A stretch of 64,000 nt of DNA from Candidatus Latescibacterota bacterium (lineage in GTDB: Bacteria; Latescibacterota; UBA2968), in contig OZ240241.1 in the NCBI GenBank assembly GCA_965198115.1, positions 1,632,001 through 1,696,000 of the forward strand. Direction: 5' to 3'. Positions 11,285 to 21,266 of the stretch are shown one piece after another. The position numbers and the translations under genes are program-made. Each line of letters opens with the position of its first letter. The first letter of the stretch is position 1. Below the pieces are notes generated by a model. It ran no database searches and was not told where the DNA came from. It saw only the letters and a program-made list of their open reading frames with translations.

Positions 11285-11959
11285 ATGAATCTCCTATTCG
11301 TCGGATGTGAGTACGCAGGAAAATCGACGATCGCGGCCGAAGTCATGAAATGGGCGGAAACCACGGTCGGCGGGACGAGTCACTTCCACGATCATTTCAC
11401 CGTGCCGTCCAGCGAGTTCTCTCCCGAAGCCCGAGCGTCGCTCAGGGACCTTCATCCGCAGGCACTCGAAACTTTCCAGCGCTATCAGATCGAGTATCAC
11501 GTACGTGACCATTTCTATGTCAACGATGACCACAACCTCATGGGCGTCGCCATAGAAGAGGCCGTCTACGCACCTCTATATTATGGCTACGGTTGCAAGG
11601 ACACCCTCGCCCCCAAGCGGAGTCCCGAGGGCCAGAGAACCGAGATGGCCCGCCGCATCGAAGAAAACATTCTCCGGATGGCGCCGGGCGCGGTCCTCGT
11701 ACACTTCAAGGCGTCACCCGATGTTATCGCGAAACGGATGCAGGAACAGCCTCACGCGTTCCAGGTCGTTCAGGAGAAGGACATCCCGCTCGTCCTGGAT
11801 CGCTTCGACGAGGAAGTCGATGCGTGCCTGATCGAGAGACGGTTCGTCCTCGACACGTCAGAGGCTTCGATCGAGGAGACGATGGAAGAATTCGTCCAGA
11901 AGTACGAGCCTTTCCACACGCAGGCTGATCTCGCCCGCATCAAGCAGGTGGCAGGCTGA
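11285..11959 (+). CDS. P-loop nucleoside/nucleotide kinase-like hypothetical protein
   Basis: NLLFVGCEYAGKST Walker A-like motif, LVHFKASPDVIAKRM lid region and an AGGAG RBS. Confidence 0.7.
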   Translation: MNLLFVGCEYAGKSTIAAEVMKWAETTVGGTSHFHDHFTVPSSEFSPEARASLRDLHPQALETFQRYQIEYHVRDHFYVNDDHNLMGVAIEEAVYAPLYYGYGCKDTLAPKRSPEGQRTEMARRIEENILRMAPGAVLVHFKASPDVIAKRMQEQPHAFQVVQEKDIPLVLDRFDEEVDACLIERRFVLDTSEASIEETMEEFVQKYEPFHTQADLARIKQVAG

Positions 11960-11998
11960 ACCAAAACGGCATCGGCATACGGATCCGACCGAACAAGA

Positions 11999-12027
11999 AA
12001 AGACCCTGGGCAATCTCCAGGGTCTTT
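11999..12027 (+). terminator. Intrinsic terminator hairpin
   Basis: Stem AAAGACCCTGG/CCAGGGTCTTT. Confidence 0.7.
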
Positions 12028-12044
12028 CGCTCATCTATAAAAAA

Positions 12045-13464
12045 GGCTATATCCGGATCTCTTAACGAGATGAAGTGGGTGAAGGTGCCGTGGTTCCTGG
12101 CATGGGGGCGCGGTTAGAGTGTGCGGAACCTCTTCGGAATCTGCTCAGGGATGTTTATGTCTCCGACGGTAAGGAAGATCATATCGTTGAATGCGTCGAG
12201 TGTGCGGAATCCGCTGGCTCGGTTCTTGACGATTTGGACGATTCGGTTGAGGCCTTCGGCGATGGCGTTGGTAAGACGCGTGTTCACGAATGCGAGGACG
12301 CCGAAGAAGTGCTGTCGCAGGGTCCTGACGAACTTTCGCAGGGGTTCAAGTCGACTTCTGAGTGCGGACGTCGTCCAGCATTTCAGGAAGCGTTCGGCAG
12401 CCCAGGGCGCTTTGTATTCCCAGAACTGCTCGAACTCGTCCTTGAGTCTCCAGGCTCTATAGATTCGGTAGTTCGCCTCCTCCAGTGCTTTGAGTGTCCG
12501 AGTATCCCCTCTGGAGCGTGTCGCTGAGTGCCGGTAGAGGAGCCATCGGAGGCCCTTCATGGCTTTGCGCTCATCCGGGGCAGCTTTACGCCACTGGTCC
12601 TTACGGACCTCGTCAACGGCGGCATTGAGAGCCTTGACGATGTGAAAGCGATCGAGGACCAGCTTGGCATTCGGACAGTGTTCCTGGATGGCTCCGATGT
12701 AAGCTTCGCTCATGTCGCAGCAGGCCCACTCGATCTTGGATCTCTGGTAGGGACTGAGAGCCTCTGTGAAGAACCGATCGATCGTTTTACGCGCCCTGCC
12801 GCGGCCAACCCACACCACGCAGGAGCGGTCCAGATCGTAAACGAGCGTGGCGTACCTGTGACGCTTGGCGTAGGAGATCTCGTCGATCCCGATGGTTTTG
12901 AGCCCTCGGATACGATGACCTTCACGAAGCCGCGTGATGGATCGGTGAAGGAGATCCGACAGCGTCGAGGCAGAGATGCGCAGTAACTCGGACGCCGCCT
13001 TCTGCGTCATGGTCTGGCAGTAGCGCAGCATGGCATACTCGAAGCGATACGTCACCCGAGAGAACCGCTCCGCCCACGGAATCTCCTCGACCACACGACC
13101 GTGGGTAGGACACCGAATCTCCCGAGGATGGTAGAGAAGCCAGACCCTCCACCCGCACACCGGAATGTCACGCCACCGACGCGGATGGGGCATTGTGCGG
13201 ACGATTTTACCTCGACGGCCGCACTCCGGACAACAACAACCATTCTTATGTGGCTTTACGGCGATGACGAAACAGCTTCTCCCCTCAAACCACCAGCTGA
13301 CAACACGGAACCCCTTGAATCTCAGCAGTTTCGATAGTAATCTGCTCCCGGTCATAGGTCGCACCCCCTTCGCTTTGATTGTCCTACACACACAACCAAG
13401 CGTAGGGAACGATCTATGACCTTGTCATTCTATAGTTTCACCGTTGAGAAACCCGGATAGAGCC
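12045..13464 (-). mobile_element. ISL3-family insertion sequence, copy 1 (1420 bp)
   Basis: Terminal imperfect inverted repeats GGCTATATCCGGATCTCTTAACG / GGCTCTATCCGGGTTTCTCAACG; preceded by ATAAAAAA at 12037-12044. Confidence 0.93.
12114..13391 (-). CDS. ISL3-family transposase
   Basis: Zn finger CPECG...CPTH, IGIDEIS, CCDMS..YI, LDRFHIV and TNAIAEGLN. Confidence 0.96.
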   Translation of the reverse strand: MCRTIKAKGVRPMTGSRLLSKLLRFKGFRVVSWWFEGRSCFVIAVKPHKNGCCCPECGRRGKIVRTMPHPRRWRDIPVCGWRVWLLYHPREIRCPTHGRVVEEIPWAERFSRVTYRFEYAMLRYCQTMTQKAASELLRISASTLSDLLHRSITRLREGHRIRGLKTIGIDEISYAKRHRYATLVYDLDRSCVVWVGRGRARKTIDRFFTEALSPYQRSKIEWACCDMSEAYIGAIQEHCPNAKLVLDRFHIVKALNAAVDEVRKDQWRKAAPDERKAMKGLRWLLYRHSATRSRGDTRTLKALEEANYRIYRAWRLKDEFEQFWEYKAPWAAERFLKCWTTSALRSRLEPLRKFVRTLRQHFFGVLAFVNTRLTNAIAEGLNRIVQIVKNRASGFRTLDAFNDMIFLTVGDINIPEQIPKRFRTL

Positions 13465-13473
13465 TTTTTTATT

Positions 13474-14893
13474 GGCTATATCCGGATCTCTCAACGAGAT
13501 GAAGTGGGTGAAGGTGCCGTGGTTCCTGGCATGGGGGCGCGGTTAGAGTGTGCGGAACCTCTTCGGAATCTGCTCAGGGATGTTTATGTCTCCGACGGTA
13601 AGGAAGATCATATCGTTGAATGCGTCGAGTGTGCGGAATCCGCTGGCTCGGTTCTTGACGATTTGGACGATTCGGTTGAGGCCTTCGGCGATGGCGTTGG
13701 TAAGACGCGTGTTCACGAATGCGAGGACGCCGAAGAAGTGCTGTCGCAGGGTCCTGACGAACTTTCGCAGGGGTTCAAGTCGACTTCTGAGTGCGGACGT
13801 CGTCCAGCATTTCAGGAAGCGTTCGGCAGCCCAGGGCGCTTTGTATTCCCAGAACTGCTCGAACTCGTCCTTGAGTCTCCAGGCTCTATAGATTCGGTAG
13901 TTCGCCTTCTCCAGTGCTTTGAGTGTCCGAGTATCCCCTCTGGAGCGTGTCGCTGAGTGCCGGTAGAGGAGCCATCGGAGGCCCTTCATGGCTTTGCGCT
14001 CATCCGGGGCAGCTTTACGCCACTGGTCCTTACGGACCTCGTCAACGGCGGCATTGAGAGCCTTGACGATGTGAAAGCGATCGAGGACCAGCTTGGCATT
14101 CGGACAGTGTTCCTGGATGGCTCCGATGTAAGCTTCGCTCATGTCGCAGCAGGCCCACTCGATCTTGGATCTCCGGTAGGGACTGAGAGCCTCTGTGAAG
14201 AACCGATCGATCGTTTTACGCGCCCTGCCGCGGCCAACCCACACCACGCAGGAGCGGTCCAGATCGTAAACGAGCGTGGCGTACCTGTGACGCTTGGCGT
14301 AGGAGATCTCGTCGATCCCGATGGTTTTGAGCCCTCGGATACGATGACCTTCACGAAGCCGCGTGATGGATCGGTGACGGAGATCCGACAGCGTCGAGGC
14401 AGAGATGCGCAGCAACTCGGACGCCGCCTTCTGCGTCATGGTCTGGCAGTAGCGCAGCATGGCATACTCGAAGCGATACGTCACCCGAGAGAACCGCTCC
14501 GCCCACGGAATCTCCTCGACCACACGACCGTGGGTAGGACACCGAATCTCCCGAGGATGGTAGAGAAGCCAGACCCTCCACCCGCACACCGGAATGTCAC
14601 GCCACCGACGCGGATGGGGCATTGTGCGGACGATTTTACCTCGACGGCCGCACTCCGGACAACAACAACCATTCTTATGTGGCTTTACGGCGATGACGAA
14701 GCAGCTTCTCCCCTCAAACCACCAGCTGACAACACGGAACCCCTTGAATCTCAGCAGTTTCGATAGTAATCTGCTCCCGGTCATAGGTCGCACCCCCTTC
14801 GCTTTGATTGTCCTACACACACAACCAAGCGTAGGGAACGATCTATGACCTTGTCATTCTATAGTTTCACCGTTGAGAAACCCGGATAGAGCC
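13474..14893 (-). mobile_element. ISL3-family insertion sequence, copy 2 (1420 bp, tandem direct repeat of copy 1)
   Basis: Same inverted repeats; about 6 SNPs relative to copy 1; followed by ATAAAAAA at 14894-14901. Confidence 0.93.
13543..14820 (-). CDS. ISL3-family transposase
   Basis: Near-identical to 12114..13391, with three amino acid differences (L/R, Q/R, E/K). Confidence 0.96.
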   Translation of the reverse strand: MCRTIKAKGVRPMTGSRLLSKLLRFKGFRVVSWWFEGRSCFVIAVKPHKNGCCCPECGRRGKIVRTMPHPRRWRDIPVCGWRVWLLYHPREIRCPTHGRVVEEIPWAERFSRVTYRFEYAMLRYCQTMTQKAASELLRISASTLSDLRHRSITRLREGHRIRGLKTIGIDEISYAKRHRYATLVYDLDRSCVVWVGRGRARKTIDRFFTEALSPYRRSKIEWACCDMSEAYIGAIQEHCPNAKLVLDRFHIVKALNAAVDEVRKDQWRKAAPDERKAMKGLRWLLYRHSATRSRGDTRTLKALEKANYRIYRAWRLKDEFEQFWEYKAPWAAERFLKCWTTSALRSRLEPLRKFVRTLRQHFFGVLAFVNTRLTNAIAEGLNRIVQIVKNRASGFRTLDAFNDMIFLTVGDINIPEQIPKRFRTL

Positions 14894-14977
14894 ATAAAAA
14901 AACAGACGCCAACCTGTGGGTCGCAGGTTAACGTCTGGTAGGACAGTAGTGATGCCGAATCACTGAAATTACCATCG

Positions 14978-17900
14978 TCAAAAAGACCCGGAAACTTTAG
15001 TCTCCACCTGTTCCACGCGCTGGTTCGGCCCGGCTTCCGACGACACGACCGCCCTGGGTCCTCCAAGCAACTCCGCCGCTGTCCGTCTGGCCGCATCCAT
15101 CTTCGGCCAGATGACTTCCCGATAGCCCCGTACATGGTCTGGCAGCCTGAACGCACGCACGTAGGCCGAATACCGACCGGCGCCCTCGGCCAGAAACCGT
15201 TCGACGAGCCCGCAATACCAGTCTCGGTAGGCCTTCTCCTCTCGATGCCACGCCGGCAGCAGTCCCCTCAAAAACCGCAGCCGTTTGAAGCGTCGCAGCA
15301 TCCAGTCTTTTGTGGGCAGGTCGAACCTGATGTCCATCCCGAACAACTGGAAATGGGGCCGCGTCAGGTGACTGTAGACGATGCGATCGCCCCGCGCCCG
15401 ATCGACGTTGTATCGCTCCTGATCCCGAATCCGCTTTTCTTCGCTCGTCAGCAGATGGGCAACGTAAATTTCGTCCTTGTAGGCCAAGACTCGCGCCAGG
15501 TTCGGAATGAGGGCCCGCGTCGCTTCGAGCCCGAGGTCCTTTGAATCGATGGCCCGAACCGCCTCGACGAGATCGGCATAGCGTGTCGCAACGCCTTCAC
15601 CCCCCCATTGGAAGGTGTCGTAGACACCGAGTGCAAACTGGATTCGGTCGGCTTCGCCCATTTCCCAGGAGTCGGCGCGTCTGACGAGGGTTCGATACGT
15701 TTCTCCCGCCTTGCGCCCGTGCGCACGCGCCAGGAACATTGACTTGGTCGTCGCAAAACCTTCAAGATCGACCTCGGACGTGGGCTTTTCAAAAGCCGCT
15801 GGCTCCAGGGCCGCCTTCCGACCCATGTCGAACGCCTTGAGGTTCGGTTCGATCTCATCGGGACGGATGTTGGCCGACATCGCCCAGGTCAGGTTCTCCA
15901 GACGCACCGGAAGCGCTCCCCGCTGGTAGGCGGCACCCAGAAGGATGCTGTTCGCGTAGATCTTGTTTCCAAGAAATCGCTCCGAGATCTCACCCAGATC
16001 CATACCGAAGAACCGGTCCCGCCGCGTGTGATCTTGGATTCTCTCCGCCAGTTCTGCGGGATCGAAAGCATCGGCACCCGTCATCGTGAGCACGGTTTCC
16101 CGCTTCCCTGTCTCGACGACGGCTGTCGTATGCGCCGGACTCGCCACACACGCCGTACCCCCAGGGTCCACACCACGAACCGCTTCCAGCATGTCCAGCC
16201 CGAGCAACAGGTCCGCGTGACCATATGGCGTCAACTGCGAAATGATCCGATCGTCCTTTGCGAAGCTCACGTGCGAATAGACAGCTCCGTTTCGGATCGC
16301 CAACCCCTTTTTGTTCGTGAACCTGACCCGGTAGCCCTCTTTTGCGCCGGCCGTCGAAATGATGGCGGCGATGGTGTTGACCCCCATGCCGCCCACCCCG
16401 GCGACGTAGGCATACCAGGCCGCATCGAACCCCTCGATTTCAGGATCCGGCAGCGACGAAAGGTCGATCGACTCGGTTCGTAACACGGGAGCCTGGGTCC
16501 GATGCACCGTCGCCTCCTCGAACGAGGGGCAGGTCTTGTCGCCGTTGTTGACGGTCAGCCTCGTGCAGGCCCCGTCCCCCACACACAGAGACAGGTCCGT
16601 CGTAACCTTGGGTCCGTGTAGCGACTCCTCGACGGCCAATCCGGAGCATCCCGTTCCCCGCGTGCATTCGAGACAGTACTCGCAGACCTCGGGCGTGATG
16701 TTGATATATGTCTCTTCGGGAATAAAGCCCTGTTGCTTTTCCACCGCGCGCTGCTCCGACCGCTGGCGGCGGTGGTAGGTGATCCCACACTCCTTGTCGG
16801 CGATGATGATTTTCACGCCGTCCTTGAGCACCGTCTCCTCGACGATCTCCCGATACCGCTCGCGATCGGCCGGGTTCATCCGAACGACGGCGCTCGGACC
16901 GTTTTCATCGTTCCCGGCCATGCCACGAACGACCTTTTCGATGTCCTGCGCAAAAGTCGGCCGTCCCATGATGTCCGTATCCACACCCGGGGTCGGCTGG
17001 TGACCGGTCATGGCGGTCGTCTTGTTGTCCAGGATCACGTAGGTGATGTCCTGACCGTGCTTCATCGAATCCGAGATGGCAGCCATGCCGCTGTGGAAGA
17101 AGGTCGAGTCTCCCATAAAAACCAGCTGTTTGTTCTCGATGAACGGATCGATGCCGGCACCCGTCCCCCCGCCCAGTCCCATCCCCGACAGGTTGTGCAT
17201 CAGCCGGTTGAACGGCTTGTACTTCAGGAGCGAGTAGCACCCGATGTCACCGTGGAAAATGAGATCCCTTTCCGTCGACCCGTGGATGTTTTCCATGTAG
17301 ACCGGATCCATGAAATCGTCGACCATCCGATCCAGAACGCTGGCGCTGTCGCGGTGTGGACATCCCGGGCAGAAAGAGGGCGTTCTCGCCGTCGCCGAAA
17401 TCTCGTAGTGCCGCGTTTCTTCGATGAGCACGACCTCCTCATCGATTCGCCCGCGATCTACGGCTGCATCATCCAGCGACTTGAGGAGGGGTGCCAGTGT
17501 TTCGAGCGTAATCGAAGGGTTGAGACCCCGCGTATCGGGGAAACCGGGTTTGTCCCCGGGAAACGTCTTGCCCCAAACCGGGAGTTCGGCCACCTCGCCC
17601 GATCTGCAGAGCTGGTGGGCCAGCGCCTGGACCTGCTCCTCCAAAAAGGGACGCTTTTCCTCCACGACGACGAGGGCATCGACAAACTGTGAAAACTGTT
17701 TCAGGATGACGCCGTCCAGAGGGTAAGTCAGCCCGTACTTCAGGATCGGAAACCGCCCCGTCAACCCGAGCAATTCGAGCGCGTGCTCCAGGTAGCAGTA
17801 GGCCAGACTGCTCGTCACGAACCCGATGGGACTTCTGGACCCTGAGGGAGCGTGGAGAATCCGGTTCAGGCCCACCTCACGTACGCCTTCGAGCAACGCC

Positions 17901-18601
17901 GGAAAACGCTCGTGGAGGACCTGGTCCTCCTTTTGGGCGGTGCTCGGAGGAATGATCACGCGGTCGTCGACGGGAATGGTCGTGCTGTCGATCGTGAGCG
18001 GGGTATGCGTCGTCAAATCGGGAAAACTGTTGGGCGCGACCTCGACCGTTCCCCCGCCATCGGCCTGGTTCGAGGTGACGAGATACGCCACGTAGAGCCG
18101 CGTCGCCTCGGACAGATCGAAGGCGTGGCCGATCCAGTCCTTGATTTCCTGCGACGTCGACGGTTCCAGGATCGGCATGTAAAGATGTCGGGCTATGAAT
18201 CTGGAGTCGGCGGGAACCTGCGTTCCTTCGGACCAGGTGTCGTCGCCAAAGACGGCCACCGCCGCGCCCCCCGGTGACGTACCGGCCATGTTGCCCAGAG
18301 CCAACGCGTCCGCCGCGACGTGAGCACCCACGCTCTTCATCACGGCCATGGCCCGAATCGGCGCCATTTGCGAACCGTTCAGCCGTGCCGCGCCCAACGC
18401 CTCGTTGTTCGCGATCTGAACAGTGACACCCTTTTCGACCAGGAGCTCGCGAATACGCTCGGCCGCATCGAAAACCTCGGCGACGGGTGAACCCGGATAC
18501 CCGGTCAGCAGCCCGACCCGGTTCTCGATCGCACCCTTGACGATCAGTTCATTCCCCGTGAAGATGCTCACGCCGGATTCTTGTTCGAACCTCGGATCCA
18601 T
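14978..18601 (-). CDS. Fused indolepyruvate:ferredoxin oxidoreductase-family protein (alpha + ferredoxin + beta + C-terminal domain)
   Basis: GYPGSP, NNEALG, RTPSFCPGCPHR, GDIGCY, TPP motif GDSTFFHSG...LDNKTTAMTGHQ, CEYCLEC, GVGGMG and LAYKDEIYVA. Confidence 0.92.
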   Translation of the reverse strand: MDPRFEQESGVSIFTGNELIVKGAIENRVGLLTGYPGSPVAEVFDAAERIRELLVEKGVTVQIANNEALGAARLNGSQMAPIRAMAVMKSVGAHVAADALALGNMAGTSPGGAAVAVFGDDTWSEGTQVPADSRFIARHLYMPILEPSTSQEIKDWIGHAFDLSEATRLYVAYLVTSNQADGGGTVEVAPNSFPDLTTHTPLTIDSTTIPVDDRVIIPPSTAQKEDQVLHERFPALLEGVREVGLNRILHAPSGSRSPIGFVTSSLAYCYLEHALELLGLTGRFPILKYGLTYPLDGVILKQFSQFVDALVVVEEKRPFLEEQVQALAHQLCRSGEVAELPVWGKTFPGDKPGFPDTRGLNPSITLETLAPLLKSLDDAAVDRGRIDEEVVLIEETRHYEISATARTPSFCPGCPHRDSASVLDRMVDDFMDPVYMENIHGSTERDLIFHGDIGCYSLLKYKPFNRLMHNLSGMGLGGGTGAGIDPFIENKQLVFMGDSTFFHSGMAAISDSMKHGQDITYVILDNKTTAMTGHQPTPGVDTDIMGRPTFAQDIEKVVRGMAGNDENGPSAVVRMNPADRERYREIVEETVLKDGVKIIIADKECGITYHRRQRSEQRAVEKQQGFIPEETYINITPEVCEYCLECTRGTGCSGLAVEESLHGPKVTTDLSLCVGDGACTRLTVNNGDKTCPSFEEATVHRTQAPVLRTESIDLSSLPDPEIEGFDAAWYAYVAGVGGMGVNTIAAIISTAGAKEGYRVRFTNKKGLAIRNGAVYSHVSFAKDDRIISQLTPYGHADLLLGLDMLEAVRGVDPGGTACVASPAHTTAVVETGKRETVLTMTGADAFDPAELAERIQDHTRRDRFFGMDLGEISERFLGNKIYANSILLGAAYQRGALPVRLENLTWAMSANIRPDEIEPNLKAFDMGRKAALEPAAFEKPTSEVDLEGFATTKSMFLARAHGRKAGETYRTLVRRADSWEMGEADRIQFALGVYDTFQWGGEGVATRYADLVEAVRAIDSKDLGLEATRALIPNLARVLAYKDEIYVAHLLTSEEKRIRDQERYNVDRARGDRIVYSHLTRPHFQLFGMDIRFDLPTKDWMLRRFKRLRFLRGLLPAWHREEKAYRDWYCGLVERFLAEGAGRYSAYVRAFRLPDHVRGYREVIWPKMDAARRTAAELLGGPRAVVSSEAGPNQRVEQVETKVSGSF

Positions 18602-18603
18602 CG

Positions 18604-19980
18604 CTAGAAATCCAGTTCCCAGTTCGGATTGTAGATCTCACCCGGTCGCGTCGAGTGAACCAGCTCGTAGACACCCAACCCGCGCCGGTCCCTGAAGATG
18701 AAATCGTAGTTTCCGGTCGTTTCGTAGTGCCAGATCTCGAAAGGCTTGCCGCCTTCGTCGTTCGAGCTGACTGCACGATCTGTTGGAGTACCGTACCTGA
18801 TGTAGACTCGCCCCTTGTCCGTCCTCGAACCGTAACTGCCACGAAGGTCGGAAAAATGCTCATCGGCGTAGGCTGACCGCCGCAGGTGTGTCATCAACCT
18901 TTCGTTGATCGGCGTGCCCGGGGACGGATCGATCTTAGCCCAGAACGTCCGGAGATACGTGTCGCGCGCCACCTGATCGGGTAGCTGCTCGTAGGTCCGG
19001 TAATCCTTCTCAAAAGCCACCCAGCGAATGTCACGGTAGTGTCGGAGTCGGGCGGCCTCCTCGGCCGACAGCAGCGACTCCCCTCCAATACCCTTCACCA
19101 CGAAAGGACTTCGACGCACCGTGAGTTGCTTCGTGTCCCAATCCAGGGCCTGGACCTGGAGGTAGTAGGGCCCTTCGTCCAGGCCTTTGGTCGAGATGGA
19201 GTCGACCAACACGGCACTCCCGCCCCCCTTCTTGTAGCGATGGTCGACGGAGCGGGAGACGGAAACGCCCGCAGTGTCGGTCAGCTCGTACTTGACATCG
19301 AACGCGCCCCGCTCGCCGGGAGGGGAGAGATTGTAGATTTCGTGGTAGAAATAGACGGCGGACCCGACTGCGTAGACCCGCGACGCCTCGGGCACGACCG
19401 ACCATCCGTGACGGGAGAACCGCCCCTCCTCGGTGGCCTCGATCTGGCTCGAGAAGATCGGTTCACTCATCGTCAGCGTGTCTTCGTAGCTCTCGACCTC
19501 GATCGTCGCAGCCACGTCACCTCGAACGTCGGCGTGGACGTCCTCCACGGTGTAGCTGAACCGGTATCGTCCCGGGTCCAGCGCGAACCCAACCCTGTCA
19601 CGCACAGGCCCGCCGGCCGCCCGCAGCAGACTCAGGCTCTCTACCGAGAGACCCCGTGTGTGTGTGTCATCCGCAACCCTCTTTCCTGCCAGGTCCGTGA
19701 TCTCGACGGCGATTCGCACCTGCGACACGAAATCATCGTCCTCCTCCACAAACCGCAGTTGCTTGGCGCTCATCAACAGGTAGAATTCTTGCAGCGTCGC
19801 TCCATCTGGCCCCCGGAAACTGGCCGTATCCACGAAGAACCGGAGCCCGTCGTCGTGCGAAAGCGGGCGACTCACAAACCCGGCTGCTGGAGGTAGATCC
19901 CCGTAGCCCTCTCCCGGCCCGAAGGCCAGTAGCGCAACGAGGAAGAAGACGCTCGAAAGACCTCGTTTCGATCCGAACAA
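18604..19980 (-). CDS. Secreted GWxTD-domain protein
   Basis: Signal peptide; C-terminal FWAKIDPSPGTPINE...YADEHF...GSRTDKGRVYIRYGTP...EIWHY. Confidence 0.85.
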   Translation of the reverse strand: MFGSKRGLSSVFFLVALLAFGPGEGYGDLPPAAGFVSRPLSHDDGLRFFVDTASFRGPDGATLQEFYLLMSAKQLRFVEEDDDFVSQVRIAVEITDLAGKRVADDTHTRGLSVESLSLLRAAGGPVRDRVGFALDPGRYRFSYTVEDVHADVRGDVAATIEVESYEDTLTMSEPIFSSQIEATEEGRFSRHGWSVVPEASRVYAVGSAVYFYHEIYNLSPPGERGAFDVKYELTDTAGVSVSRSVDHRYKKGGGSAVLVDSISTKGLDEGPYYLQVQALDWDTKQLTVRRSPFVVKGIGGESLLSAEEAARLRHYRDIRWVAFEKDYRTYEQLPDQVARDTYLRTFWAKIDPSPGTPINERLMTHLRRSAYADEHFSDLRGSYGSRTDKGRVYIRYGTPTDRAVSSNDEGGKPFEIWHYETTGNYDFIFRDRRGLGVYELVHSTRPGEIYNPNWELDF

Positions 19981-20001
19981 GGTGGTCCTCCGTCCATCGT
20001 T

Positions 20002-20370
20002 TCACGCGTCGTTCGTTTCGGCTGGTCCGAGGAGAACGTCGTTGTTCCGAACTTCGACCGGGTAGGTCGCGACCCGATAGTGTTCGGCCTCGGGGCAGAC
20101 ACCGGACTCGAGTGCGAACCGCAGTCCGTGCCAGATGCAGATCACGTAGGAATCGTCGAAATCGATCGTGCCGATCGGCCGGTTGTTGTGGGGGCAGACG
20201 TTGTCGATGGCCCGAAAGGTCCCGCCGACCCGGAAGACACCGACATCGCGACCGAAGGCGACGACGACCTTGGCGGAGTTTTCCGGAAAATCGTCCAGCG
20301 TGCCCACCTTCACATAACCGGACGTTCTCGTCTCGTTCTTCGATCCCATCCACGACTTGAGATCGAACAC
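20002..20370 (-). CDS. Rieske [2Fe-2S] ferredoxin
   Basis: NVCPH...ICIWHG..F...SG motifs. Confidence 0.88.
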   Translation of the reverse strand: MFDLKSWMGSKNETRTSGYVKVGTLDDFPENSAKVVVAFGRDVGVFRVGGTFRAIDNVCPHNNRPIGTIDFDDSYVICIWHGLRFALESGVCPEAEHYRVATYPVEVRNNDVLLGPAETNDA

Positions 20371-20372
20371 GG

Positions 20373-21266
20373 CTACGTCCGCGAGACGGGTTCGGCCTGT
20401 TCGGCCGCGTGGTATGAACTCCGCACGAGGGGCCCCGATTCGACGTGCCTGAACCCCTCATCGAGCGCCTCGCGTCTGAGCTCGTCGAACAGGTGGGGCT
20501 CGTAGAATCGATCGACGGGAACGTGCGCGGGAGACGGCTGCAGATACTGACCGATCGTCAGGATATCGACCCCTTGGCGGGCGATGTCCCGGATGGTCTG
20601 CACGACTTCGTCCCACGTCTCTCCCGCTCCGACCATGACACCCGACTTGATCGGCAACGCCGCGTCGATGGCACGCGCACGCGCCAGCAAGGTCAACGAC
20701 TGCGCGTAGTTCGCCTGGGGACGCATCAAACGATACAGACGTGGAACGGTCTCCAGGTTGTGGTTCAAGATCTCGGGCCCGGTCTCCAACACCGTCTCGA
20801 GCGCGGCCACGTCTCCCTGGAAATCCGGAATCAGAACCTCGACCGATGTCTCCGGGCAAGCCAGATGGACCTTCCGAATCGTATCTGCAAAGATCGCGGC
20901 TCCCCCATCCTCGAGCTCGTCCCGATTGACCGACGTAATCACGGCGTGGCGGAGACCGAGTGCGGCGACAGCGCAGGCGACCCGATTGGGTTCGTCGAGG
21001 TCCAGACCCTCGGGGCGCCCCGTCTTGACCGCACAGAAGCCGCACCGTCGCGTGCAGACATCCCCCAGGATCATGAACGTCGCCGTTTGGCTACTCCAGC
21101 ACTCGCCGATATTCGGACAGCGCGCACTCTCGCAGACCGTGTGCAGGCGGTGTCGGTCGACGAGCTTCTTCAGCTGGAGGTAGGCCCGGCTCCCCGGCGC
21201 CTGAACCCTGAACCAGGGAGGCAATCGCCGCCGCCGCGGGCGATCGATCTCCATCAATTCGCTCAC
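20373..21266 (-). CDS. lipA: Lipoyl synthase
   Basis: HTVCESARCPNIGECW, CTRRCGFC and GPLVRSSYHA. Confidence 0.97.
   Translation of the reverse strand: MSELMEIDRPRRRRLPPWFRVQAPGSRAYLQLKKLVDRHRLHTVCESARCPNIGECWSSQTATFMILGDVCTRRCGFCAVKTGRPEGLDLDEPNRVACAVAALGLRHAVITSVNRDELEDGGAAIFADTIRKVHLACPETSVEVLIPDFQGDVAALETVLETGPEILNHNLETVPRLYRLMRPQANYAQSLTLLARARAIDAALPIKSGVMVGAGETWDEVVQTIRDIARQGVDILTIGQYLQPSPAHVPVDRFYEPHLFDELRREALDEGFRHVESGPLVRSSYHAAEQAEPVSRT

Noticed and set aside
12045-14893. Composite transposon
   Set aside because: Only 9 bp lie between the two IS copies, so there is no cargo; it is a tandem dimer.
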